Assembly: GCA_964016885.1 (NCBI GenBank)
Contig: OZ024742.1
Location: 245,148,001 to 245,212,000, forward strand
Reading direction: 5' to 3'
DNA length: 64,000 bases
Origin: Eledone cirrhosa
Lineage: Eukaryota
Shown here: positions 1 through 45,823 of the stretch, one piece after another
Numbering within the stretch: the first letter of the stretch is position 1
Layout: each line of letters opens with the position of its first letter
Translations under genes and position numbers: made by a program
Notes under the pieces: model-generated
Seen by the model: only the letters and a program-made list of their open reading frames with translations
Database searches by the model: none
What the model was told of the DNA's origin: nothing

Positions 1-31220
<31,220 letters not shown>

Positions 31221-34200
31221 TTTTCTAATTTTGTTGTTTTTATTAACTAATGAAATGCATTATAAACAAATAATTATTAACATCTCATTAATCGTTAAAT
31301 AATTTCTTTATTCTTTTATACAAAGAAATTATTTCTCATTCATCTTTACTTGAATTCTGTCACTTCGATTCACCAATTCACCCAATGCAAATAATATTTT
31401 ATTCATCGCTGTTTTCATTTAACTTTCTGTTTTATTAATATTATGTTTTTTTTGTTACTTAAACTCATGGTTAATTTACATTTTTACTCAAACTTATAGC
31501 TAATTTACATATTTAGACTTATACCAGATTTAATTTTTTAGTGTATCAATCGATGTCCAATACATTTGGAAGATTCTTTTTCCAGTGTTATAATATTACA
31601 TTTGAAATCTTCATTATTTTATTTATTTATAACATTACAAAGCAGCATTTTTTAAAATTGATTTTTATGAAAGTTATTGAAATATGTGGAAGTTGTCTTT
31701 CATTTAAAATTATAACCACTCTCTTTTCTGTTTGTAGGAAGATCTTTGATACTTGTGTTTTTTTATTTTATTTTCATGAATCACACGTTTCAACAACAGA
31801 AGTGTTGTTAGTTATTTAATTACTCTGTCACTCATAGATTTCATTAGTGTTACTGGGTCCTAGTATATCATTAGTTAGAATAAGTTACTAATGTTTCATT
31901 GGTGTGTACTGTCTGCTTTTAATTATAATACATTATTTTGCCCTACATTACTAGTTTCTTAGATTTTTTTCTGCATCATCAGTTTAACATATGGTACATT
32001 AACATCAAACATTTAATATTTAATAAGAATCATTTTGAAATTTTAGAATCTCTATGATCATGAGAGTTTTATCATTTTAAAATTGATGTTAAGTTTGTAT
32101 AATTTTTAACATCGACTTTGCTATTGATAATGATGATAATAACAAAGATGATTTCTTTTATCAGCTACAAAGGCGCAAGACAGTGCACACACACACTCAG
32201 AACTAAATCAGAACATAAAACAAAATATATTTTTTTTTAGTTGGATAAATGTATCATATATAAGTGTGCTTTTTTTTATTTATGTAAAACGAAGTAAAAA
32301 CATTTTTTACAAACACACACTCGATATTGACAATTTAAACATTTTTTTCGCTATTGTTTCCTCTTATATTTTTACACTTTGGAGACAAACATAAATTTAA
32401 TCAAACAGGCACCAATGAACAATACTGAACTCCTATTTAATATTGTATCAAAGTTATCATTTAGATTTTAATTAATTTTTATTGTCATGTTTTTATATGA
32501 GTATATGTGTGTTTGTGTGTATTGGAGGAGAGAGACGTTGAATGCAACATTATCATATTTTCGTTTGTTTTCTTCACTTCAGGGAAAATATATTTATCTG
32601 AGGCTTCCTGTTGATAGTTTCTCCTCAGAATATAAGGAATACAAAAAATAACAGTGATAATAATAGTAATGATGATGACGACGATGATGATGATGATGAT
32701 AATAATGATGATGGGGATTTTAACTCAGAGTGGGAAGAAATATCATAAAGGCATTTTATTGGACAGTCTATCACTTCTGCTAGTCGACCACCCTCGCACA
32801 CCCTTGCAATAATAATAGCAATGATAATGATTCCTTTTATTGTCCATATAGGCTCAAAACATTGGAAACAGTAGAAAGGGGAAGACACATGCACAAGAAA
32901 CAGTAAAGACATTAATAAATAGAAAACAATAAACAGCATTAGCAGTATAGAGTGAACATAGGTGTGCTTGAAAGTTTCATTATCCTGCACACATCTTGGA
33001 CAGGTTTGGTTGCTAGCATCTCCAGCATGGCCATCACTGTAAAGTATCCCAAATAGCCAGCCAATGGAAATTGTCCATATCCTCCATTAACTATACATAT
33101 AATGTAAAGGTTGGTTTTTCTCTAACTACATTGCTTGAGCTGTGGAAAGACATATGTGAAGAAAAACCACACTTGTTAAACATTGTCATTGCCCAGGAAC
33201 CTATGTGTCAACCTCAATATATACTTACGCATTAGTAAAACTTCATAAGAGTGGGTGTTGGCAGCATATGTATCTCCTAACCAATAGAACCTGCCCCTTT
33301 CATAAGAAACAAGAGAATACACTAATAATATGTTTCCTGGGACAAGACATGACAGTCAGGTAGCAATAATGGAACCCTAGACTAGAAGCAGGGAATTTAT
33401 GATGTACAGGTTTATCTCAATTGTAATAGTTAAAACAGAATTGTGATTGAACCAGAGATTTAGTTTTAATATTTAGTCTTTACTATTTAATAAAGATTTC
33501 TTTTGATTAGACCACAGAGACAGTTTTTTCAGGGAAAGGAGTAATATTAATTGAATCAACACTAGTATATTACTAGTACATTTATTGTTGAGCCCTCTCC
33601 TCCCAGTAATTACAACATTAACAATTAATAATCAACATTTAAAATCTGAAATCTTCATCAGTCTTTAAAAAAGAAAAAAAATGTGTTTTTTATTTGCTAT
33701 TTAACTAATGTCAACTACTACTGTTACACTGTGCTATATCATTTAATTATTTTTTTTATGAAAAGTGAGGAGAATTTTTAATATTTTGTTTCATTTATGA
33801 TTTTATGGATACATTCTGCTGCTGACTTCAAACTCATTAACAGGTGCTGAATCTTTATATGTTTGACATTGTTTCATTTTATTTTTTATATGTTTAATAT
33901 CTATGCATTCTTCCATCTTCGTTCTTTTTTACAATTTAATTTCATCGAGACAAATTCATAACATCTTTAGTACTCTAATATAGAAAATCAATTTGCAAAT
34001 GGGAAGAAATATAGTAGTATATATACATACAAACACATGCACATATAAACATATATATTCGTTTTATAGTATCTTATTGCAGCAAATATAAATTTATACA
34101 CAAAATTCATCAATGCAAATGATTATATTTTCATTTTTTTTCCAATTGTTGGAAAGTATGAAGAATTTTTTTTCTTTAGCATATTGCAAATTTTCAATTC

Positions 34201-36177
34201 ATTTATCTCATAGTTTATTTGCATTTGAAATAGTTTTAAGAAAAATTAAATAAAACAAATCAATGCAGGAAAATCAGAATAGTAAATACATCTTCATGTT
34301 TTCATAGTTTTACTAACCTTCATTAATGAAACTGATATATTTTAAAATACTTTTTGAAAATTTGAGATTTTAAAAGATGTCATCCGTCCATTTGGATTAC
34401 ATTCTGTTCTATTTCTGAAATATTGATTCAAGAAAAGTGTAGGATTTAACTAGCGATGGCCAGAAAAATTATAGAGTTTGCTTTCTGTATATCAACTCTG
34501 TTGCTTTGTGTCTTCTGCTTTAAGTTGATCATTCACAACTGGATGTTGAGTTCTCTTTTACTTGTATGCTATTTGTAGTTTTGTTCTATAGTTTATTTGT
34601 TTTCCATTTTTAAGGTTTAGAATCGTTGAACAAATTAAATTTAAAAGAAGAAATGAAATATCAGAAGAAAGATACTCTAAAAAAAACGAAAAAAAACAAA
34701 CTTTTTTTTTCATAAAGACGCATTTCGTATTGTTTAGATTCATTGGGATAGCAAACAAATTCCAGAGGAACTGGTTTCACTATTTATGACTCTAGTTCCT
34801 TTTATCCATTCTGCTTAAAGTATGAGAGCATTTCGTAGATTTCCATGTTTTCAAGTGACTGGCCATTTCCACTGGGATGATAGTATCTCATCATTGAAGT
34901 GTGTTTGAAATTAGTTAAAGCATTTAAGGTCCTTTTCTTATTTTATTTCATAGATAAGGTACTTTTTTTAAACTAATTACAAACAAAGTTTAATGATGAG
35001 AGATCACAGATATATTCTGTATGTGTGAGAAGTGTCATGATCTATGGGAGCGAGACATTGGTGATGATTATGGAGCAGCAGAGAAGGCAAGAAAGAATGG
35101 AACTAAATGTACCAGTGGATGAGTGGAGTATTACTTCTGAGAGAGAGAGAAAGACAAATAGTGAAATACAGAGAATAATGGGAATAAAGTCAGTGATAAA
35201 TGTGAAGAGAAATGAGTTGGTTAGGTCATGGGTTGAGTGAGGATGAAAGTGACAGGGTGAGAGGAGTGATGAAAAGCCAAGAAAGATGTAGCTGGGGAAA
35301 ATGGAGGAAGAAAATGAAAGCCAGGGGTTTAGTAAGGGAGGATGTAGACAATAGGGCAAAATGAAGAAGCTTATCATGGGGCCTCCACAAAGCTGACCCC
35401 AGCTTTAACATAGAAAATGGCCTTAAAATGCTTGTTGTTCTTGTAATTCATATATGGAAAGAATTTTGAAAGCTCCCAAATTTTACTTACTTTACACCAT
35501 TTTGTTGATTCTATTCCTACATCTTATTTACTCATTTGCAATCTGAATTTCTTTGAATATAGTTTATAAGACTTGTTACTATTTTTACACTAAGAGATGA
35601 ATTTACTTTCATTAAAAGGATCTTTTTAATTTTTTGATAATTTCTGGTTCAACCAGAACTGATATCTGTCTCTTCTATTTAAAATGAACATTTAAAAAAA
35701 AAAAGCGAATGAAATCATAAATTATTCTCTTTTGAGTATATATTAATTTAACTTAACATAGGTTAACTGAAATTTTATCTTTTAATATTTCATTTCATCC
35801 ATTCTGAATTTAATAATGAAAATAATCTCCTCCCTTACATATTGATGTCTTATATATGATTTTAAAGAAACCTTTAATTGTCACTGCCAATCTCTAGGTG
35901 AGAGCCATCAAATATTAAAGATATTTATTAAAAGGAACATGTTCATACATTCGTCCTTCCTCAACATACATACACGTCTTTCAAGTATGACTCTTGTCAT
36001 TTCCTTCTCTGCTTTCTATCAAATGCATTATATATATATATGTGTCTGTGTGTGTGTTAGGTCCAAAAATCGATTAAAAGTGTTTATCATTTTTTTTCAA
36101 TTTACAAGGAAATTCGTATTTTCTGGCATGTTTAGTGCAGTTTCGGTTACACACTTTGTATGTATACAATTATAACT

Positions 36178-36213
<36 letters not shown>

Positions 36214-37824
36214 TCTTGCAGGTTAGTCAGGCTATGTCATAGTATCTCTTTGTATAATGAAACACAAGATTAAACTCGATTTCATTAAAAAGGAAAGTTG
36301 AAGGTCTTAGCATCAGTCCCTTGATCCTCTTAAAATTGTGTGAAGTTTATCAGTGTTTATACTTGACTAAAATAAATATTGCAGTTAGATTTAAATGTAA
36401 TAATTGCAGCTATTTTTTTTCTTTCAATTTGTTAATCCAATTGTTGTTTTCCTCTTACAGGAAATGAAAAATTTCTGGAGCAAAGATATTATTACTGTTT
36501 AAAACAAGTTTTTATACTTTACTTTGTATGAGGTGTTTAATTTGATTTCCTCTTGTGTAGTTAGGTTTATATAATTCATTCTATTTTTCTTTTGCACTTG
36601 TATATTTATATTATCATTAGATCCAAGGCGGTGGATTGGCAGTATCGGTAAAGGGTCGGATACCATGATTTGCAGCAGAGTTATGGCCCTTTACGTTCCG
36701 AGTTCAAATCCCGTTGAGGTTAACTTTGCCTTTCATCCTTACAGGGTCAATAAAATAAAGCACCAGTAATGCACTGGGGTAATTGCTGGCCTTGTACCAA
36801 AAAGTAGAAACAATTATCATTAGATCTAAAATACTCAACCAATTTAATTTTAATTTCTAGATACAAATTAGATTTATGTCATATAAATTTTTATTTTCTA
36901 TTAATAGTAAAACCTGTTTTTTATTTGAAAAAATTTTTTTTTAAAGTTTAGTTTATTTCTTGATTCCAAAGGTGGAAACCTTCAGCCACTTTCCTCGGGT
37001 CATTTAAAGAATATATATATGCAGCCTGTAAGTTCATTAATTAAACTTATTCAACATAGAACACATATATTCAAAGTGCAGACAAAATAACATATAGGAA
37101 AAAGCTTCAATAATGAGTAACTGTTGATTGAAATCCATGTTATACAGTCACAGAGTCAATTTCAACTGTCAGTTAAGTCACTTTGTCTCCACATTCTGAA
37201 ACAACATTTTTTATTATTAGACATCAAAACAGAATTTTACTAAATTCTTGGATTTATAGGTTGTAAAATAGGGCTATATATAAATATATTCTTTAAATGA
37301 TCTGAGTAAATTATGCAAAGGTTTTCAGTCTTGGAGTGGGGGAAATCAGAGAATGAAGTCAGTAATTGTATAGTTGCAAACAGCTCCACCTAAGGGACAT
37401 GCAAATACTTTATTAATATATATATATGCTATTGTAATCAAAGTTATTATTTGTACATTTTTAACCCCCCCGCCCCCACTCAATTCTTAAGTTGCATTTA
37501 TCTTTTTATTTTATGTAACCATTTAATTTTTTTTTTAAATATCCCTAACAACTGAATGGCAATAATAGTAAATGATTAATAAATCTTATTTCTAGTGTGG
37601 TCTAAAGTTAAAGAAATATAGTCTTTTGTGATGAAAAAAATTATTTTTTTTCAAATTATAAATTAATTTTTGATTTGTGTAAATTTATTTTCCTATTCTA
37701 CGAGATTAACAACACAATAACTTACTATCATTTTTGTTCATAAATTTGAATATAAGTTCTTTAATAATTGAAAAACTTTTGGCGCTGAATAAATGATCTG
37801 TTGAAATAATTTCTATAGGCTATG

Positions 37825-37876
<52 letters not shown>

Positions 37877-38430
37877 ACGTCCATTTACATCCATTTTTAT
37901 ATGTTTGTGTGGGTTGAACAGATCTTCTCCAGCACAATTTCTCACCACTTGGAGTTTTTTGTCATCTTTTTCATAAGTTCCAGTCTACTGAGATCAGCTT
38001 TTTCTACTTTCCCCTTATATCTACTTTGGTCTTCCTTTACACTGGTTTCTTTCACTTGGGTTGCTTGGCACTTCTCTGTCAAACTGTTAATTTCCATATA
38101 CATCACATGTTCACACTTCAGCTTTCTCTCGAGCACACTACATCCAATTCCTCTTATACTCAGTTTTACTCTCAGCTCATTTGTTCTGTTGTTCTTGATT
38201 ACTAATAGAACACATCCAGCAGAATATCCTTGCCTCATTTCTTGCTAGCTTTCGCACTCCTTCATACTCACTGCCTATTGTTTGCTACGATGTACCATCT
38301 TACTTCATATAATAGTATCATACAATCTATACTTCACTTAGAGACTATTCTTTTGCTATCAGTAGAGGTAATAGCTCCCTAAACCTTTTTATTACTCTGG
38401 TTGCTATCCTTTAAGAACACCATCCCCACA
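37825..38430 (-). mobile_element. RTE-X-like LINE 3' fragment with (GAT)n tail
   Basis: Minus ORF ELRVKLSIRGIGCSVLERKL...; (ATC)n at 37826-37876. Confidence 0.65.
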
Positions 38431-39139
38431 GCTAATTTGGTTTATATGTTTGCCTGAGTTATAGATCACATGGTTAAAGTGTGTATTGCAATTGATTTTG
38501 TTATTTGATTTACAAAACTCCAAGAACTTTAATATCTTTTTGTTTTGTATACCATAACCATATCTTCCATCTTCATTAGAACAACCATCATCATGTCACC
38601 CAACATGTCCATTAAAATTGATGGTAGCAGCCTTAAAGTTTTGCACGTGACACGTTTTCTGGTTGTATTTTGGTAATTCCTCTATTATTCTTTCAACAAA
38701 GCAGCACTTAAACAATTATTAATGAAATTTTGTAACAGAAACCACTAAGTATGGAAAAGAAATACACAGAAAAGAAAATTAATCACTATTTTAACAACTT
38801 CTCAGAATGGATAGTTAAAGGGAGATAAAACCTTCTGTTTATGAGTTATTTACCTTGAATATTAACTTTCTTCCTCTCTTCATATTCTATCTTTTGGTTT
38901 TGGTGGGGAGTGGGAGAGAGTTTCCATTCCTTTTGATTGACATTCTAAAATTAGAAATTGCTTTCCTATGGATTTTCGTGATTTTATTTAAACAGCCGAT
39001 AATGAGAGTTGCTATTGTTGTGATAATATCTTAAATATGTAGAGTGGGAAGGTCATGTTGCCAATATTTTGTATCAATATTAAAAGTAATTATTTTGTAA
39101 AATGCACAGCTCATTTTTTTTTCAGTAATTGTTTCAAAA

Positions 39140-39903
39140 ACCTTCGCCGAGGTTAACTTTGCTTTCATCCTTACGGGGGTGGATAAAATAAAGTACCAGT
39201 AATGCACTGGGGTCGATTTAATTGACTTTCCCCTCCCACAAAATTACTGGCTTATACTAGAAATCATTATTATTATCCGACCCCGTAAGGATGAAAGGGT
39301 GGTGAATTGGCAGTATCGGTGGAGGGTCGGACATGCTTCCCAGCATAGTTACGTCCCTTTACGATCTGAGTTCAAATCCCACCGAGGTTAACTTTGCCTT
39401 TCATCCTTACGAGATCGATAAAATAAAGTACCAGTAATGTACTGGGATAATTGCTGGCCTTGTGCCTAAAGTAGAAATAATTATTATTATTGGTGGATTG
39501 GCAGTATCGGTAAAGGATTGGACGCCATACTTTGACGCATAGAGTTACGGCCCTTGCCATTCTGAGTTCAAATCCCGCCGAGGTTAACTTTGCCTTTCAT
39601 CCTTACGGGGTCGATAAAATAAAGTACCAGTAATGCTCTGGGTAATTGCTGGCCTTGTGCCAAAAGTAGAAACAATTATTATTATTGGCAGTATCGGTAG
39701 AGGGTCGGACATATGCTTTGTAACAAAGAGTTACGGTCCTTTATGGTCTGAGTTCAAATCCCGCTAAGTGTTAACTTTGCCTTTCATCCTTACAGGGTCG
39801 ATAAAATAAAGCACCAGTAATGCACTGGAGTCGATTTAATCGACTTTCCCTTCCCCCAATAATTGCTGGCCTTGTGCCTATATAAGAAACCATTATTATT
39901 ATT
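39140..39903 (+). mobile_element. Head-to-tail cluster of about four Nin-like SINE copies
   Basis: Repeated ggcagtatcggta...gagttcaaatcc...tttgcctttcatcctt...aataaagtaccag units separated by (ATT)n tails. Confidence 0.8.
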
Positions 39904-42500
39904 ATAGAATTTTGGCAATGCAGTCAGTGTAAATTCCATGTTAGTGTTCTATAGAGGATTAGTGGTGGGCAGGAGCAACAACATTCTTGAGGAAATCTAG
40001 GCACAGCTCAGGTTGAACTGAATAGTAAGTTCCGAAGGCCTTTCAGCCCAAGGACTATGGATAATTTTCAGAAATTGCTGATCTGGCAATGCTATCAGGG
40101 GAGCACTACCAGTTCGAGACAAACTCTACAGAACAAGCCTTTAATGATATCTCTTCAAGTATTAGGCACATATTTAACATTGACCTCACTTAAACATTGA
40201 CCTCAGTCAGTTGTTTTTAGTCACTATATTTTCTTTTACGCACACACACACACTTGAGTCTGTGTGTGCATGTGTAATTTTTGTATAATAGAAACTTGAG
40301 AATGAATGAAATGAAATGTTATCTATGGATTGAGACTAAAATTTTGTATTTCTTTTTTAAGCAAGTGTTTATTATCTTACTAAGGCACAGTATCACCATC
40401 CACCTACTATTTCTAAAAATATACATTGTATGCATTCAAAGGCAACCCAGACAGTCAAGCAGTATTTCCTTTGTATAGACCCTAAAATATAACAATACAA
40501 GATACGAAAAGAATAGAGGAACTCTTTGTCTATTTTAGAGAGGGACAGCAAAAGAAAGTGTGTGTGTGAATGAGAGATATATATATAAGAGAGAGAGAGA
40601 GAGAACCAGCATTACTTTGCTCTCTCTTTGTTTTCTTGTTTTGTTTTCCTTTCAAGCTTAAATTCTCCTCCTAGGCTTTTAAAATTTATTGTTATTGTTG
40701 ATAGGTAGACAGAAAAAATTGGAAAGTCCCATTTGTTACTTAGATTTGTGAATTGGAACAAAGTCACATATTGCATCAATTAACAGCTTCATATCATTTG
40801 TACAGTTAAACAGAGGACAAAGATAACAATATATACATCATAACTATACAATCAGAGTTAACATCATATTATTACACAAGCAGAAATAGCACAGTATATA
40901 TTATCATACAAACACATTGCAATACATAAACAGAAATAGCGCTGTATATATTATCATACAATACATATTATTACAGAAACAGGAGTAACAAAATAGACAT
41001 ACAAATGGAACTGACAATATATACATATAACAAAACAAAAAAAAACATACATGTATAGTAATAAAAAAGTCTGTTTGACTTTGCATGATAATATTTTTAC
41101 CATTAGATGAGTTTTTTTCTCATTTAACATTTATTAAAATAATATTTTTGAAATTATATTGCTTTCTCTACCACCCCCACAAAGTGGCCATTTTTTTCTC
41201 AGAATTTTTTTAATTTGAAAATAAATCCTATATAAGTTTTTTTTAATGATTTGTGAAATTGTTTATTATAATGGAATATACTTTACAGATCTAAAATGAA
41301 TTTAATATTCCTAGATCTGGTCTTAGATACTAACTGTGGGAAGTAGCTGGTTTTCTGCTATTTCCCATCTGAGGTTCAAGCCTAGAAGGTTTAATCTCTT
41401 TGTGATAGACTTTTATTTCTTTTCTTTTTAATTTTTTGTTTTGTTCTTTTTCTAACATGAAATAAATATTTTAATTGTTTGTGTAAACTTTATAAATTCT
41501 CGTATTTGAACTTAAAAAAAAAACAAACAAAAAACTATAATATCGATTTTTAATTTATTTACGTTTGGATGTTTATTTATATTTTGTAAAGAATGAAATC
41601 ATAAACAAAATTTTGTTTGATCTCATTTTTGTAGAGAAAATTCTAAAACCAACACAATAATAATAGTAATAAAACGAAACAACAACAAAAAAAAAATTAA
41701 ATTACTTATATAGTGGAACACTACTACCCTATATATCCAGAGTAAGTATTTCATGTATTGGGTAACTTACTTTGCATAATTATATTGTATATTTTGCTAT
41801 ACTTTCTTCTGTTGTGACAATGTCTTTGATTTAAGGCAAAGATGGTTATTGAATAATCATCAGCTATAATTGAGTGTTTTGTGTTTATGATATTACTGTT
41901 GGTTTTTAGAGAGAAAAAATAAATCCCTGGTCACAGGCTCAGAGCTTCGGAATTTGTAACAGTTCCATGAACTGCCATTAGCGATGACATTTTTTTAACG
42001 AGCATATAATGAATCAACCATTAATGAATTAAAAATCTGAGAATAATTTCTTCTCTAAATTGTTTTTTCTTGTGTTTCTTTATTTACTGTATTCTATTGA
42101 AATCATAGAGATGCTTGTGAAGAGATAAGTGGATGCATGCTGTGTTTAAGAAATGAGATGGAAAGGAGACTCAGCTAGAATCCTTGGAGACAAAGAGTAT
42201 AGATATAAGTTCTTGGTAGGAAATGATGAAAGAGAAATGAATAGATTAAGCAAATGCACTATTCATATATTGCTTCTTAAATAACAGGATATACAGATGG
42301 TAATGAATGCTAAGCCCTTTCCCTGAGAAGAATGGACACCTCAACATAAGTTGGTTATCAGTGATGTCAGAATAAAAACTAAATGAAATAAGAAATTCAG
42401 GAAAATCTGGAGAAGGATGGCATGAAAGCTAAAAGACCTCTTTGCTAATTATATGTTCAGAAAGTGAAATGTATGTACTGGCCTGCAGAAATATCATCTA

Positions 42501-43758
42501 CAAGGGTGGACTGAAAAGTTTATAGAATGAGGGATGCTAGAGCTGTGAAATCTTGCATGCATTAATTTCAACTCTTATTAATAACTGCATTATTTCTTTC
42601 CAACTGACATGTGACTGTTCAAAGAAAACTTTAAAAATAACTGGTAGTGACTTCTCTTGAAAATGGACAAAATTTGGCATTATGGTGTTATCAAATACCT
42701 GCAGAAAATGGGTTTAGCCCGTAAGAACATTTATGCTGACATGGTTGCTACATTACGGGATGACGCTCCAGCTTTATCAACAACACAAAAAGTGGGCGAC
42801 TGAATTTAGGAGGGGAAGGGGAGTCTTGAAAATGACTCAATGTCTGGATTTCCTGCAATTGCCACCACAAAGGAAAACATTGATTGTGTTCACCACATGG
42901 TGATGGATGACAAATGATTGACTATCAATCAAATAGCCAATACTATTACCAGATCCCATGAGAGAGTTGAGAATATTCTGCACAATGAACTTTGCATGAT
43001 GAAGGTTTTTACTCAGTGGGTGCCAAGTCTTCTGGATCAAATGCGCACCAAGCTGATCATATTACAGGAAAACCTGACATTGTCTGAGGCAGATCCAACT
43101 GGTTTCTTTGAACAGTTCCTAATCCAGGATGAGTGTTGGGTTCATCACTTTGAGCTAGAGACAAAGAGACAATCCATGCAGTGGAAACACACCACCTGAC
43201 CTGCTCCGAAGAAGGCCAAGGTCATTTCATCTGCAAGGAAGTTGATGATCTCGGTTTTTTGGGGGGATGCAAAAGACATTGTGTTTATTGACTATCTTCA
43301 AAAAGGAGCCACACCATCAATGAAGAGTACTATGCCAACTTACTGAGGCAGTTACAAAAGGCTATGAAGACCAAACTCCCAGGAAAACTGACAAAAGGGG
43401 TCTTGTTTCATCAGGACACACGTCCTTGGTTTCAATGGCTGCTCTGCTTGACTGTGGCTTTGAACTGGTTGATCACTCTCTTTATTCTCCTTATTTGGCC
43501 CCATCTGACAATCATCTTTTCCTCAACATGAAAAAACATGACTGGTAACCAGTACCTCAGTGATGATGTCATATCTGCCGTTGATGACTTTTTTTACCAA
43601 CAGGATGAAAGCTTCTTCACCAAAGGGTTTCAAGCACTGCAACACCATTGGAAGAAGTGCATGGATCTCAAGGGGGGTTATGTTTAAAAATAAACCTCAT
43701 TTGGTCACATTCCATGAGAGTATCTTGGTCAGCCTATGAACTTTTCAGCTGACCTTCA
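42501..43758 (+). mobile_element. Full-length but decayed mariner transposon
   Basis: TA|caagggtggactgaaaagtttatag ... ctatgaacttttcagctgaccttca|TA; transposase remnants WVPxLL, DECWVHHF, YSPYLAPSD with stops and frameshifts. Confidence 0.85.
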
Positions 43759-43803
43759 TAATTATGGAGAAGCTGCAATATTATTTCTTTGGCAGGGACT
43801 TAA

Positions 43804-44024
43804 CCCTTTAGCATTTACATACCTCTATATTTACTATTGTATTTTTATGGTAGAGGCTTTACCTTACATAATTATCTCACATAATATCGAATCTATGAGA
43901 TTTTGTTATTATTTATATCGAGAAAAATACCTAAATTTCGGTATAAGTGGCTGGTTATGGCCAATTTGAACAGAAAGAGGCGAGAGATTTCTGGCCGGAT
44001 ATGGCTGGTTTAAATGCTAAAGGG
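43804..44024 (-). mobile_element. piggyBac-like MITE, opposite orientation
   Basis: TTAA|CCCTTTAGCATTTA ... TAAATGCTAAAGGG|TTAA. Confidence 0.8.
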
Positions 44025-44699
44025 TTAAGAGTTTTCTTTTTATACTAAATAACTTCAGAGCTTATGAAAAAGATCAGATTTGCTCCCATTACTGAGCTGT
44101 TCACAACATATTAGTACCGATGAGTGTTGCAATAACAATGCACACAAGAATTCGCATAAATCATGTATTAGCACTTCATTATCATCATCATCATTTTATG
44201 TCAATTGTTCCATACTTGCATGGGTTGGACAGGTCCTTCTCGGTACAACATCTCTCCACTTGTCAAGTTCTTTTATCATCTCTGTGAACTTCAGGAATTT
44301 CAGATCAGTTCTCACCTCTTCCAACCAGGTCTTCTTTGGTCTTTCTCTACTGTGGCTTCCTTCCACTGGGATTACTTTGCATCTCAGAATTCCAGGTACC
44401 TCACTCCCTCTTCATTTCTTGAGCCATAACCATAACCGCCATGAACTCCACAGAATCTACCTTGGTACTGTCCAACATGTCCATTTAAGTCACTTGCCAG
44501 GATGATGAGGTCTCTTTCATTAGTAGCTGAAGTTGTCTGTTAAAGTTCCTCATAGAACCTGTTCTTTTGTTCTTTGCCTGCGGAGCATAAGTAAATATAA
44601 TTGTCACCTTCTTAGAGCTATTCTAAGCTTGATAATTCTGCCACTTACTCTAACTACCTTTATTACCTTATGTATATATTTATCAGCTAGTAGATTGCA

Positions 44700-45820
44700 T
44701 ACATCATCTATCCCAGTTTGTATCCGTGTTGTTTGCCTGTGTGAATCCATGGCTGAACTAGAGAAGTTCCAAACATGGAAGCATGGCCTAGAATCAAAAG
44801 TTCTAGTATTTCATTAGTGTGTAGGAAAGGAGTATGTAGAAATTCCATTCTGTGCCCCAAATGCAAACTATGGATACATAAAAGATGTAGTGGGATCACA
44901 GGTAAGCTATCTAAGAATGTAGATTTTATATGTGGCTGATGCTCAGGTGCAGTAAGTAGCAAGGACCCACTGGATGCTATCTCCTTCAACTGGCCAGATG
45001 GTTCTATAGAAATAGCAGACACTTTCCATTACTTGGGTGACAAAATCAGCAGTAGAGGAGCGTGCTCTGAAAGTAGTAGCCAGAGTTAGAACGGGATGGA
45101 AAAAGTTCAGAGAGCTAATACCGCTGTTGACCACAAGGGTTTTTTGTCTAAAAGTGAAAGGTAGATTTTTTTATGCTTGTATATGAACAGTGATATTACA
45201 TGGCAGTGAGACATGGGCGTTATGTGCTGATGATTAGAAGGAAATGAAGCTTGCATGCTCCGATGGATGTGTAATAGTAATGTGTGCGAACGGCGAAGCA
45301 TAGACGAATTGAGAGAGAGACTAAGCATAAGAGGTATCAGATGCTGTGTTCTAGAGAGGAGATTGCGTTGGTATGGACATGTGATGCATATGAAGGACGA
45401 CAGCTGTATAAAAATGTGCAGGGCAATGAAAATTGATGGAAGCTACGGAGTGGGTAGAACAAGAAAAATCTGGGACGAGGTGATAAAAACTGTCCTTGCT
45501 CACTTACACCTCTCCAAGACAATGTCACTGGATCGAGATCTTTGTCACCATACAGTTGTACAGAAGACCCACCTTCCCTTGCATACAAAGCTACAGTCAG
45601 TAGGCACCTCTTAACCCAATATACACCCCACCCTACACACCCTACCCCATCCTCCCATTTCCGTCCACTGTCGATGACACAACAAAAAGTACCCAGTCCA
45701 CACTGTAAAGTGGCCATGTAGGAGACATGGTAAAAACAGCTCCCAGTCAACACTGTAATGGTGGTTGGTGTTAGGAAGGGCATCCAGCCATAGAAAACCT
45801 GCCAGAGACACTTCCGTACA
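44700..45820 (+). mobile_element. RTE-X-like LINE 3' fragment
   Basis: LRWMC...ERRLRWYGHVMHMKDDSCIK...GRTRKIW plus 3' UTR repeat; same family as 49860-51640(-). Confidence 0.8.
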
Positions 45821-45823
45821 AGC

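Noticed and set aside
40860-40985. Short tandem duplication with gaaatagcgctgta resembling a hammerhead 3' half
   Set aside because: No CUGANGA, no stem II and no palindromic context.
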